From: a virus
Lineage: Duplodnaviria; Caudoviricetes
Virus record (IMG/VR): IMGVR_UViG_3300011989_000005
Span: 1-64,000 of that record
Direction: 5' to 3' (one strand)
DNA length: 64,000 nt
Below the pieces are notes generated by a model. It did not search any database and was not told where the DNA came from. It was given only the letters and a program-made list of their open reading frames with translations. Of this stretch, positions 8,659 through 17,960 are shown piece by piece; the stretch's first letter is position 1; each line of letters starts with the position of its first letter. Made by a program: the position numbers and the translations under genes.

Positions 8659-9381
8659 ATGTACAATCCCTACAACCCCATCGACCTCATGCCGCAGGAA
8701 CTGCCGGACATGAAGAACCTCACGCCCGAGGAGCAGGAGCAGCTGTGCTACGCACATGCCATCTTCGGCTGTGCCACCTACATCGTGGCCTTCGTCCTCG
8801 CCATCAACCTCTGCGCCCTGCTGGGCTCCTGCGCTTCTCCGAAGGCTATCGACAGCACGGAGCATCACCACAGTGCCATCGACACGCTCAGCATCCAGGC
8901 TGCCGTCGATGCCCACATGACATCATGGCATGAGCGCATGGACTCCCTCTTTCGCGAGCGCACCGTCTCGTCCAGTGCAGCGCTGCACAACAGTACCGAT
9001 CAGAAGGAACTCATCACCGAGACCGTCACCACCACTACCGACTCGCTGGGCCGCGCCGTCCGTCAGGAGCAGCGCACCATCAGCCGCGACCTCCATCAGG
9101 AGCAGCAGCTCTATGAGCAGCGACTGGAGCGCGAGATGGAGAACCGCCTGCAGACCGCCCTCGCCCTTCAGGACAGCATCTGGCAGCAGCGCCTTGATGC
9201 TGCCCTGAGCCACCGCGAGCAGACCGACTCCTCCCGCCACGTCGTCACCCCCGTGCCCCAAGACAACCGCCCATGGTACCGCCGCTGGGCCGACCGCCTG
9301 CAGTGGCTTGCCGTAGGCATCGTCCTCGCCGCCGCCCTCTGGATCACCCGCCGTTGGTGGTTAGGGGTATTCCGGCGTTAG
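8659..9381 (+). CDS. lipoprotein, spanin-like
   Basis: hydrophobic segment plus LGSC lipobox, coiled coil, C-terminal TM with basic tail. Confidence 0.6.
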   Translation: MYNPYNPIDLMPQELPDMKNLTPEEQEQLCYAHAIFGCATYIVAFVLAINLCALLGSCASPKAIDSTEHHHSAIDTLSIQAAVDAHMTSWHERMDSLFRERTVSSSAALHNSTDQKELITETVTTTTDSLGRAVRQEQRTISRDLHQEQQLYEQRLEREMENRLQTALALQDSIWQQRLDAALSHREQTDSSRHVVTPVPQDNRPWYRRWADRLQWLAVGIVLAAALWITRRWWLGVFRR

Positions 9382-9438
9382 CCATGGTGTCGGAATAACG
9401 ATATATCGAAACATCGAAATCTCGAAAAAAAAGAAACG

Positions 9439-9771
9439 ATGCTTATCATCCGAAACAACCTCATCCCATTCCCGGGCTACAAGACCATGACCATCTGGCC
9501 CTTCATCTTCGTGCGTAAAAACGCATGGTACTCAGCCGTCACCGATCGTCACGAGCGCATCCATGGGCGGCAGCAGCTGGAGATGTTGCTCCTGCTGTTC
9601 TACCTCTGGTATGGTCTGGAGTACATCATCCGCCTCGCCATCACCCGCAGTCGCAGCCGCACTTACCTCTCCATCAGCTTTGAGCAGGAGGCCTACGACC
9701 ACGAGCGCGACCAGGACTACCTGAAGCACCGCCGCCTCTATGCCTGGCTGCGCTATGTGTTTAAGACTTAA
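9439..9771 (+). CDS. small membrane HExxH protein
   Basis: HERIH..QQLE, SISFEQEAY. Confidence 0.75.
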   Translation: MLIIRNNLIPFPGYKTMTIWPFIFVRKNAWYSAVTDRHERIHGRQQLEMLLLLFYLWYGLEYIIRLAITRSRSRTYLSISFEQEAYDHERDQDYLKHRRLYAWLRYVFKT

Positions 9772-9782
9772 TTTTTGTCGTT

Positions 9783-9851
9783 GTAACTATCTAATAATCA
9801 GCCTTCGGGCAAAACCCGCAAATTTGTCACGCACATTTAATGCAATTTAAC
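9783..9851 (+). repeat. 69-bp intergenic repeat, copy 1
   Basis: GTAACTATCT..ATCAG..CGCAAATTTGTC..TTTAA..TTTAAC. Confidence 0.8.
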
Positions 9852-9863
9852 AACGAAAGAAAC

Positions 9864-10175
9864 ATGGCACAACAACTTAAAACATTATCACTCTCAGAGC
9901 TCCGCCGCGTAGCCGAGCGCACGCGGCTCGTGGCCCGCCGCCTGCCAGACGGCAAAGGGGGCTACCAGGTGGAGCAAGTCATGGAGCGCATACCCTGGCG
10001 CGTGTGGTATATCGCCGCCTCGAACGGCGACGTGATCCTTGGCGAGGAATGCGTCACCCTTTCCGTCGATGTCGCCGCCGGTACCAGGCTCGTCCAATTC
10101 ACTGCCAGCGGCCAGACGCGCAAACTCCGTGACTGCTGCATCCTTCGCGCCAACGACTTCCGGCTGACGGTGTAA
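9864..10175 (+). CDS. hypothetical protein
   Basis: ORF with A-rich start context. Confidence 0.7.
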   Translation: MAQQLKTLSLSELRRVAERTRLVARRLPDGKGGYQVEQVMERIPWRVWYIAASNGDVILGEECVTLSVDVAAGTRLVQFTASGQTRKLRDCCILRANDFRLTV

Positions 10176-10240
10176 TCCCCTGACAATCAGCTTTCGGACA
10201 AAACCCGCAAATTTGTCACACACTTTTAACGCAGTTTAAC
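10172..10240 (+). repeat. 69-bp intergenic repeat, copy 2
   Basis: aligns ungapped with copy 1. Confidence 0.8.
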
Positions 10241-10419
10241 CTATGCGTTCCAAACGACTTTGCCCTTGCAACCCTCACACATCACTCATATATTCTTTAC
10301 AGAACGGTGACGCAATCGTCACGCATCACGGACATAACACTTAAAGAAACATGCCATTACACTACGAAAGAGTCCAGAAGAAGGTAGGCTTCGGCACGGT
10401 CAACCCCAACGAATAAACG

Positions 10420-10854
10420 ATGTCTCCAGGAAAATACAAAGGCATACTCATCGCAGCAGTGGTTAGGCGCTCAGGCATCTGCAGGGCCACCGTCGAGCAG
10501 GTGCTCATGGCCACGTTCGACGAGATCCGCTTCCAGATGGCGGAGGGCGCGGGCTGCGTACCCATCGAGAGTTTCGGTACGTTCTATACTCAGGACCTGC
10601 CTGAACGCGAACATTGGTACACCTACAAAGGAAAGAGTGAGCTGCGTCACCTGCCGCCCACCAAGCGCCTAAAGTTTTGTCCCACGAAGTCATTCAAGCG
10701 CGAGGTCATCGACGACCAACGCTTCGACCCCTCGCGCCGCAGCTTCGAGCGCCACCCCGACGACCCACCCATCCGCGCCCGCATGGCCCTGAAATACCAG
10801 GGCGGCAAGCACCAGCCCGTAGCCAAGGGGAAGACGAGGTTCATTGAACATTGA
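10420..10854 (+). CDS. HU/IHF-family DNA-binding protein
   Basis: LIAAVVRRSGI...IESFGTF...RLKFCPTKSFK. Confidence 0.8.
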   Translation: MSPGKYKGILIAAVVRRSGICRATVEQVLMATFDEIRFQMAEGAGCVPIESFGTFYTQDLPEREHWYTYKGKSELRHLPPTKRLKFCPTKSFKREVIDDQRFDPSRRSFERHPDDPPIRARMALKYQGGKHQPVAKGKTRFIEH

Positions 10855-10867
10855 AAATTTTACCATT

Positions 10868-10936
10868 GTAACTATCTGATTATCAATCTTTGGGCATTTA
10901 TCGCAAATTTGTCCCACACGTTTAACTCTATTTAAC
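10868..10936 (+). repeat. 69-bp intergenic repeat, copy 3
   Basis: aligns ungapped with copies 1 and 2. Confidence 0.75.
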
Positions 10937-11064
10937 TATCAACCCTTCGGAGCAGTCTGACCCTGTACCGCTGCGGGGAGAACGGCGACGGCGGCTCATG
11001 GTCTCTGCTCTCGTGGCTCTTAATGTTAAAAAACGACCCCCGAAGAAAAATAATTGGGAAAATG

Positions 11065-11096
11065 TTTGGTAGGCTCAAAAATACATTATATCTTTG
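11065..11096 (+). promoter_or_regulatory. sigma-A promoter
   Basis: TTTG (11065) and TATCTTTG (11089). Confidence 0.7.
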
Positions 11097-11126
11097 CAGC
11101 GGTTTTTTATTTTAATGCTACACGAC

Positions 11127-11642
11127 ATGGAACAGCGAATGATACAGATTACGGTACGACAACTGAAGGACTACCTCGACAATGACGGCATCAAGGTGGC
11201 AGGGCTGGCACGACTTTCCTACTTGAACCCACAGCGGTTGAGCAAGGCACTGTGCGGAACGCCCGACGGCAAGAGCGGCGTGCCGACCGCGCTGAGCGAA
11301 CATAGCGTGAATCTGCTGGAGGACGGCCTGCACCAACTGGCACGCGAACTGGCAGATATCTTCATCATCTACGACACGAGTAGCGATAAGGAAAAAGCCA
11401 ACGGTGCTCACTACTCGCTCGGATGTGTTCAGCAGATCAAGCAGAAACTGAAACCTTATATTATGGTGCAGCCCTTCGTGTCGGCTACTCTGGGGTGGTC
11501 TGACAGCAAATACCAGAACGTGATGTCTATCAAGAAGAGCACCACTTATGGTAATATAAGTAAGGAGGACTGTGACAGTCTGAACCTGCGGCTGGCCGAA
11601 GTCGCTGCCAGGCTCGACCGTATCTGTCTGACGAAGGGATGA
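11127..11642 (+). CDS. putative HTH regulator (two internal repeats)
   Basis: IKVAGLARLSYLNPQRLSKAL helix-turn-helix-like; own promoter. Confidence 0.55.
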   Translation: MEQRMIQITVRQLKDYLDNDGIKVAGLARLSYLNPQRLSKALCGTPDGKSGVPTALSEHSVNLLEDGLHQLARELADIFIIYDTSSDKEKANGAHYSLGCVQQIKQKLKPYIMVQPFVSATLGWSDSKYQNVMSIKKSTTYGNISKEDCDSLNLRLAEVAARLDRICLTKG

Positions 11643-12282
11643 CAGATTTCCTATATATATAATAAGGTATAGGGCGACAGAACCGCGCAAGAGAATTAGC
11701 ACAGAAACATACTGATACCGAAACAAGCAGGGCAAAATATTAAAAGCTCTGCTTGTTTTTTTGTTTCTGTTCGATATGAAAAGTATCATCCAAACAACAT
11801 TTTTTTCTTTTTTTTTGAATCGAATCAAAAGAACACCCCGCGCCTCGCTCAGTCGGCATGGTGGGTGCGCACCCCCTTTAGGGGGTGCAAATATGCTTGG
11901 GCGTCCCACTGACCGACGACCGCCACCCCGACGACCTCCACTCCCATTAAGGGAGTGAGTGCTGCTGCGCTCTGACCTTTCCCACCGTCACCGCCACACG
12001 ATAGGCACTCCCTTAAGGGAGTGAGTGTGCATGGGATGCACCCTGTCGGCAGTCCGAACCGAGCCAGACGGCCAACCCCTTAAGGGGTTGAGGAACAGGA
12101 ACGAGCCGAAAGCCAAACTCGCGCTGGACGCGCGCTGACTTTGGCGCGCCCTTTCTCCTGCGCATAATGCCCGTGGAAACAGGCGAAAAGACGAGTGTCC
12201 GTCCCCGCCGTTTTGCCGTAACTTTGCATCGGCATTCAGCCAAACGGCGGTCCGCCGGTCAGGGCATCAAAACTTACGCATT

Positions 12283-12909
12283 ATGAAAAAAACAAGCGCA
12301 AAGAGCAAGAACGTGAACACGAAGGCTGCAAAGCAGCAGGTTGAGAACCCCCAGGCCAACTCTCCTAAGAGAGTTGTCGAGACCCGAGATATGTACGAAG
12401 TGATTTTCAATCACTCCGTCAGCCTCGTGGTAGCCTACACCCTTGGGCACAAGGGCGAGAATCCTCGCGAAGGCTTTGCCTTCGGGTCGGTTGCTACCCA
12501 ACCCCATACGAGGGGCTATGCCAAATCTTTGATTTGGGGCTTCGTGACGAGTAAGGCTGGTAAGGTCCTAAAGGACCTTGACGAAGTGGCGAAAGCCGAA
12601 GACCGCAAGAAGATTGCAATAGCAATCTTGACCGACTGCAACCTCGTGAAGGGCGATAGCAAAGCTATCGAGACATCGCTCGCCAAGGTCGAGCCTAAGC
12701 GTGAGCGAGTATTCGCCGAGTCAGTCCTTGCAGGACTGAAAGCCGCTGCCGAGAAGCCCGCTACCACCCCTAAGGGTGGTAAGTCCAAGGGCGAAAGCAA
12801 GCCCAAGACCACCAAGGCTACTGCCCCTAAGGGCAGTAAGGCCAAGGGCGAGACCAAGGCTGCCCCTAAAGGGGCAAAGGCTAACGGCAAGGCCAAGGCA
12901 GGCAAGTGA
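12283..12909 (+). CDS. basic protein with Lys/Ala-rich tail
   Basis: 208 aa; TAACTTTG promoter box ~60 nt upstream. Confidence 0.7.
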   Translation: MKKTSAKSKNVNTKAAKQQVENPQANSPKRVVETRDMYEVIFNHSVSLVVAYTLGHKGENPREGFAFGSVATQPHTRGYAKSLIWGFVTSKAGKVLKDLDEVAKAEDRKKIAIAILTDCNLVKGDSKAIETSLAKVEPKRERVFAESVLAGLKAAAEKPATTPKGGKSKGESKPKTTKATAPKGSKAKGETKAAPKGAKANGKAKAGK

Positions 12910-13000
12910 GCAACCAAGCGAGTGAGCACCCACACGAATGTTTAACCCCGAGGGGGTTAAGGGCAGAACCGCCCAGCCCCCTCATAATTTTTTCAAAATT

Positions 13001-13324
13001 ATGAAGTATTTTTTCGATGTCACAGTCAGCGTTATGGACGCAAACACGAGGATTGAACTCTACGAGTTCAGCGAGCTACATATCTCCGCCCACGGCCCTT
13101 TGGGCCGAGCCAAAACGTCAGCCAAGCGTAAGGCAATCAGGGCTGCTATGGATTCCATCCATAGGCATTGGCGAGAGTCGATTTACACACAATACTGCGT
13201 GTTTGGCAACCACGACCTAACTGCAAAGCAGTTATGGTGGCTTGTAGACGAGGGCCTAATCGTCGAACCCAACGACAAAGTCGTTGAAGTTAAGACTTGT
13301 GAGTGTACGGGATGGATGTCATAA
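13001..13324 (+). CDS. hypothetical protein
   Basis: ORF followed by terminator. Confidence 0.55.
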   Translation: MKYFFDVTVSVMDANTRIELYEFSELHISAHGPLGRAKTSAKRKAIRAAMDSIHRHWRESIYTQYCVFGNHDLTAKQLWWLVDEGLIVEPNDKVVEVKTCECTGWMS

Positions 13325-13354
13325 GCCTTACGGCTTACAGCCCTACTGCCGAGC

Positions 13355-13386
13355 AGCCCTCACCCCTTACGGGGTGGGGGCTTTTC
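13355..13386 (+). terminator. intrinsic terminator
   Basis: GCCCTCACCCC-TTAC-GGGGTGGGGGC then TTTT. Confidence 0.55.
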
Positions 13387-13389
13387 GTT

Positions 13390-14130
13390 GCCACCCATAT
13401 ACGTGGGCCCATATCGCGGGCGCAAATTGCGCGTCCATCAGGGCGCATAATGCACGCCCATTTCGCCCAGCCAACGTGGGCGGGCGCACGCGGGGGACTC
13501 CCCCGATACATTCTGTTTTTGTGCCCGCCTGCGTCACGATGGATGGTAATCAAGACTTTGCGCTGCGCATCGTGGCATCACGTGGACGCCCAATGGGGGT
13601 CGGGGTTGTGGGCTGGTGTGGTCGCCCAATGGGGAGCCGTTTCGTGGGCTGATGTGGTCGCCCAATAGGGGTCGCTGTGGTCGGCTGATTTTGGACGCCC
13701 ATATCGCGTGAGGGGTGGGCGGTCAGAGCCTTTTGTGGTCGCCCAATGAGGTGCCGAATTTTGGACGTCCACCTAAACGCGAAGGGTGGGGGACCAGGCG
13801 AGGCGCGTGGAAGCCCATGACCCGCCGTGATGTGGACGACCAGCCCCCTAACGAGACCGACCATGTGGACGGATGATGGGCGACCAAGTGGGCCTGGGTG
13901 GTCGCCTGATGTGGGCGGAAGTGGTCAGCCACCTAACTGCGAGTGGCAGCCCACGCGAAGCCCGACATGGGTGCCCATCCGAGGCTCATCGTGGGCGACC
14001 ACGCGAGGGGTTAATGGGCGTCCCTAAACGCGAAATTGGGCGGCCACGTGGGCTGGTGTGGTCGCGCTGTGGGCCCACGTAAATTGGGCGCCCACGTCAC
14101 GATAAATAATACCCCACGTCCACGCGCCTG
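13390..14130. repeat. GC-rich TGG(T/A)CGCCCA repeat tract
   Basis: copies at 13583, 13619, 13655, 13692, 13736 plus inverted copies downstream. Confidence 0.65.
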
Positions 14131-14265
14131 CGGCGTTTTTTTAAGTCTAAATAACCGTGTTATTTAGACTAAAAAAACGAGGTCTTGACAACCGCTCAAA
14201 AAATCATTTTCTTTGGGGTAGCCTTTCGATGGTCGATTGGCGCAACTTCAAAATCAATTTGCATT

Positions 14266-15267
14266 ATGGCAACACGTAACAACAAGCGCAACGACGCAAC
14301 ACGTAACGAGAACACGAACGCTGCAAGCAAGCAGCAAGTTGAGAACCGCAAGAACGGCAAGCAGACCCCTGCCCCCGCTCCCACGAACGATGCCCCCGTA
14401 CCCGCCAGTGTCGAGGACGTTCAGCACCGCTACGACGAGGTGAAGTCGCTTCTTAGCAAAGCTAAGAAAGACAAGCAGAAGCATAGCGACAAAGTCGCTA
14501 CCCTCAAGGAGCGTTTCGACAACGAGAGCTATGCTCTCGCCACACTCCGCTGCTCACTGGGCACAGGTGATGAGCAGGACGCTGCTATCGTCGCCAACCG
14601 TAAGGTTGAACTCGGCTTGTCCGACCTGCTCGGCAAGGCTATGGGCACACTTCCGCAGGACAGCGACGAAGTCGCCAAGGCTCGTGAGTCGGCTAAAGCC
14701 GAAGAGCGCAGTCTGACCTCGGCTATAGCCGAGACCAAGCGTCAGTGGAACTCCGTCTATCGTACTCTGTACGATACCATCGGGCTGACCAAGGTGTCTC
14801 TGCTGACCCCCGACATGCTAAAGGACTTGTGTCCTTTCCTCCTCGTCGGCACCGCTGACGGCCTAAAGGCCGGTGTCATCAGCCGCTCAGCCGTCCGCAA
14901 GAACGGCAAAGCCGTGAAGAAAGACGGCAAGAGGGTGTATAAATACACCCTGAGAGAGCGCAAAGGTTGGTCGGCTTACGGGCTCTTTGAGCTCTTAGAG
15001 CTCAACTTCCGTTGGACTAACGGCGAGGTATTCACCGAGGACGAACTGAAAGTTCGTAACGACCTGCTGACCGCTCAGGTCAATGCCTTAAAGGCATTGA
15101 AAGCAGCCAAGGCTGCCAAGCAGTCGGACGTCCCCGAGCAGGCTGCTGAAGCAGCCACCGCTGAGGGTCAGTTGGCAGCTGCTGCTAAGGCAGCAGGCAA
15201 GGCTGTCAAGGAGAGCACTGCTACCACAGGTAGCAAGACCGCTAACCGCAAGACCAAGGTTGCATAA
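14266..15267 (+). CDS. basic coiled-coil protein with Ala/Lys-rich tail
   Basis: 333 aa from MATRNN; N-term resembles 12283 ORF. Confidence 0.75.
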   Translation: MATRNNKRNDATRNENTNAASKQQVENRKNGKQTPAPAPTNDAPVPASVEDVQHRYDEVKSLLSKAKKDKQKHSDKVATLKERFDNESYALATLRCSLGTGDEQDAAIVANRKVELGLSDLLGKAMGTLPQDSDEVAKARESAKAEERSLTSAIAETKRQWNSVYRTLYDTIGLTKVSLLTPDMLKDLCPFLLVGTADGLKAGVISRSAVRKNGKAVKKDGKRVYKYTLRERKGWSAYGLFELLELNFRWTNGEVFTEDELKVRNDLLTAQVNALKALKAAKAAKQSDVPEQAAEAATAEGQLAAAAKAAGKAVKESTATTGSKTANRKTKVA

Positions 15268-15284
15268 GCAACCTACCTACGGTA

Positions 15285-15850
15285 GGGCGTCCGCTGTCGG
15301 AGCGGCTTAACCCCATAGGGGTTACGGAGGGTCCGACTCCCTCGCTGCCCACACTATCCTGCACCCATATCGGAGCGTTCGTTTCGATTGCAGGCCGTCG
15401 GGGTTCCCTACGGGAAAGAGGAACCAAGCCACTCGCCACCTATCGGTGGAACCGCAAAGCGGTTGAGCTAAGTGCCCGAGCTGCTCCGACCTAAAGGTCG
15501 GGTGGTGGACGACAATGGTCGTTGGTCTTACAGACCACAGTCGCTTATCAAGCGGTTGCCTGCTCTTTGACATGATGTGAAGCACGACTGAGCGAGGAAG
15601 AAACTCGCAACACGTTGGAGTGACGGCAATGGAAGTAGGGGTATGACCCCCATGAGGATTTTGACTACGCAAAAACGCTTCTATGGAGATATAGTGCGTG
15701 GGCGTCAAGGTGGCAAAACAGTTAAGACGGCTTGCTCTGGGCAAGAATGGGCGTGCTATGCGCTCTGCGTTCCAGCGCGAGAGAAAGGGATGTTACCATG
15801 ACCGAAAGCAGGGCGGCCTGGCCCACGTACCCAAACAAACTAAATGCGAG
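15285..15850 (+). ncRNA. long structured leader RNA with tRNA-like cloverleaf and boxA
   Basis: many hairpins; TGCTCTTTGACA at 15561-15572. Confidence 0.55.
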
Positions 15851-15854
15851 AATT

Positions 15855-16139
15855 ATGGCAACACTGAAAGATTTATGCAGCACTATCCCTGTAAGCATGA
15901 TGCGCGACCAAGCTATCCGAGAACTGAACCGACGCAAGGCGATGTCCTATGTCCGGCGTATGGACGCACTGCGCCAGGAGGAGCGCGTTTTTGACAAGTG
16001 CCAGACGCGCCGCCCCGAAAAGGGAAAGAGCAAAAACAGCTATTCGCGGGAGGAAGCGGGCACGATTGGCAACATGGTTGTAGGTGTGCGTACCAGTTGG
16101 AACAGCGTGGTGGTATGTAAGTGCCGCAAAACGAACTGA
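15855..16139 (+). CDS. hypothetical basic protein
   Basis: ORF from MATLKD. Confidence 0.5.
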   Translation: MATLKDLCSTIPVSMMRDQAIRELNRRKAMSYVRRMDALRQEERVFDKCQTRRPEKGKSKNSYSREEAGTIGNMVVGVRTSWNSVVVCKCRKTN

Positions 16140-16251
16140 GAAATATTGCGTAAGTTTATCAACTATGGGCGGTCGTCGTGACGACGTTTGACTATCTGTA
16201 CGCCCATATTGTTCGGACTAATAATAACACATATATAATAAGGCGTAAACT

Positions 16252-16416
16252 ATGGCAGCAATGGTACTTGAACTTCGCCCGAAGTTCCAGGAGCTTCGGG
16301 CGAAGGCGACGTACTCGCACGAGGAGGTCATCGACATCCTATGCGAGTTCGCCAAAACTCTCTATCCCGACATGGCGCCGGAGCGTATTCGGGAAATCAT
16401 CGTAAATAATTTCTAA
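16252..16416 (+). CDS. small hypothetical protein (54 aa, not in ORF track)
   Basis: AAACTATG start, MAAMVLELRP...IVNNF. Confidence 0.6.
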   Translation: MAAMVLELRPKFQELRAKATYSHEEVIDILCEFAKTLYPDMAPERIREIIVNNF

Positions 16417-16436
16417 AAAATTCGGAGGACTGACGT

Positions 16437-16661
16437 ATGAAGAAGTTTATTCAACGTATCGGCCAGGCTGTTTTCAGCTTTGGCTGTGGGCTGGTATGCG
16501 CTATCGCCGCCAACCATGTGAGCAACTATGAGTATGCCCCTGTCGCCGGCTGGTTCTGCGGGTGCCTGATAGGCGCTCTGGTATCTGGTGTGTTCGATCT
16601 GGCGGAGGAGCGCAAGGCCGAACACAAGACTCTCTCGCAGGGGTATCGCGAGGCAGCGTGA
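16437..16661 (+). CDS. small 2-TM protein, ends REAA
   Basis: two hydrophobic helices. Confidence 0.7.
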   Translation: MKKFIQRIGQAVFSFGCGLVCAIAANHVSNYEYAPVAGWFCGCLIGALVSGVFDLAEERKAEHKTLSQGYREAA

Positions 16662-16746
16662 CCCCGCCCCTATCCCCGCCCCTGAGAGGGGTGGGGAACT
16701 ATCAAGACAAACAAACATTCAAATCAATTAAAAGCTACACAAGATT

Positions 16747-16872
16747 ATGGAAAAGATGACATTCAACTACAACGGCAAGGCTATGAGCCTGCGAGTTTAC
16801 GGCTATGAGCGCGAGGCATACCGCCGCGTGGCAGAGAGAATCAACGGAGTATCTAACGTGGAAATCGGATAA
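16747..16872 (+). CDS. small hypothetical protein (41 aa, not in ORF track)
   Basis: MEKMTFNYNG...VEIG; AAAGCTACAC upstream. Confidence 0.55.
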   Translation: MEKMTFNYNGKAMSLRVYGYEREAYRRVAERINGVSNVEIG

Positions 16873-16884
16873 GGAGGACAAGTT

Positions 16885-17091
16885 ATGGCAAACAAGAAAG
16901 CTATCATCAAGAAAATCTGGGACAAGGCTCCCAAGTGTGTACGCCGTCAGGCTGAGAGTGCTATCATCGTGAGTATGGCCGCCGGTCTGCTGGCTGCCGC
17001 CCACATGGACGAGTGCGGAAAGATGGCCGTGCAGGACATGGCGCATGAACTGAACTATACGTGGGACCCGTTCGACGGGTTCTGCGCATAA
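16885..17091 (+). CDS. hypothetical protein
   Basis: ORF in packed array. Confidence 0.65.
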   Translation: MANKKAIIKKIWDKAPKCVRRQAESAIIVSMAAGLLAAAHMDECGKMAVQDMAHELNYTWDPFDGFCA

Positions 17092-17110
17092 GCGAGGGAG
17101 GGCTGTGACT

Positions 17111-17653
17111 ATGGCAACAAAGAAGCAGGCTGGGACTGAGCGTCCCTATACGTGGTATGAGTTTCTTCGCATCGTCCGAAAAATCGTGGAGGAGCAGCAG
17201 ATTGTGATGCACGACGAGCTGGACTATTTCGATGCCGACTGGCAGCAGCAGAACAAGCCTATCGACCTGGGCGTGTGGGACTGGTGGCTGACGAACAGGA
17301 CGGACTTCGGAGGCTCGGAGGGCGTCTATTCGGACTTCTATGTGCGCATGGACGGTGGCGAGAGCCGCCATGTGTTCACGGCCAAGACATTGGACGGCAG
17401 CCGCGAGGCATACGTGAAGATGCACGAGTTTGCAGCCCGCGTGTGTCTGGTGGTGCGCGACTATGTGAAGGAGCATGAAGACGAGTTCAACTGGACGGGC
17501 TACGACGTGGGCTACTGGGAGAACGAGGAGCGCAAGACCTATATGCTGGCCCACAAGCACGAGAACGCTATGAAGTATGCCCTGGAGCTGAAGCAGAAAG
17601 GTCGCAGGGCATGGATTCGTGACAACGAGAAACGAGAGTATCAGGAGGTGTGA
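17111..17653 (+). CDS. hypothetical protein
   Basis: GACTATG start. Confidence 0.75.
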   Translation: MATKKQAGTERPYTWYEFLRIVRKIVEEQQIVMHDELDYFDADWQQQNKPIDLGVWDWWLTNRTDFGGSEGVYSDFYVRMDGGESRHVFTAKTLDGSREAYVKMHEFAARVCLVVRDYVKEHEDEFNWTGYDVGYWENEERKTYMLAHKHENAMKYALELKQKGRRAWIRDNEKREYQEV

Positions 17654-17655
17654 GT

Positions 17656-17958
17656 ATGGCAGACTATCAGTATCATATCGAGACCTATACGATGCCGTTT
17701 GGCGTTGATACATGGCAGACGGAGGACATCATGCAGGCTTCTGACGACGAGGAGCAGGTGTATAACCGCTGGCAGGCTATCGTGAAGGAGGTGAAGCGCG
17801 ACTATCCCCGGGCATGTATGCGACGGACGCTGAACCGCCGCACGGTGAAGCAGGCTATGGGCGACCGCGAGTCGGCTATCTGCAGCCGGGAGTGGAAGTT
17901 GCCCAATGGCGAGGGATGTTATCGGGTGACGATGTATGTGACACGTAAAGCAGCGTGA
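17656..17958 (+). CDS. hypothetical protein, ends RKAA
   Basis: ORF in packed array. Confidence 0.7.
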   Translation: MADYQYHIETYTMPFGVDTWQTEDIMQASDDEEQVYNRWQAIVKEVKRDYPRACMRRTLNRRTVKQAMGDRESAICSREWKLPNGEGCYRVTMYVTRKAA

Positions 17959-17960
17959 CT

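Noticed and set aside
10351-10416. 21-aa ORF MPLHYERVQKKVGFG before HU
   Set aside because: May be a remnant of an HU-like N-terminus but is too short to support.
9783-10936. Integron attC sites
   Set aside because: No RYYYAAC..GTTRRRY fold-back symmetry and no integron integrase in the window.
12006-12090. Protelomerase telRL site
   Set aside because: Palindromes are short and multiple, and no protelomerase gene is seen.
13580-13770. Possible CRISPR array
   Set aside because: Repeats are only ~12 nt and degenerate, spacers resemble each other, and there are no cas genes.
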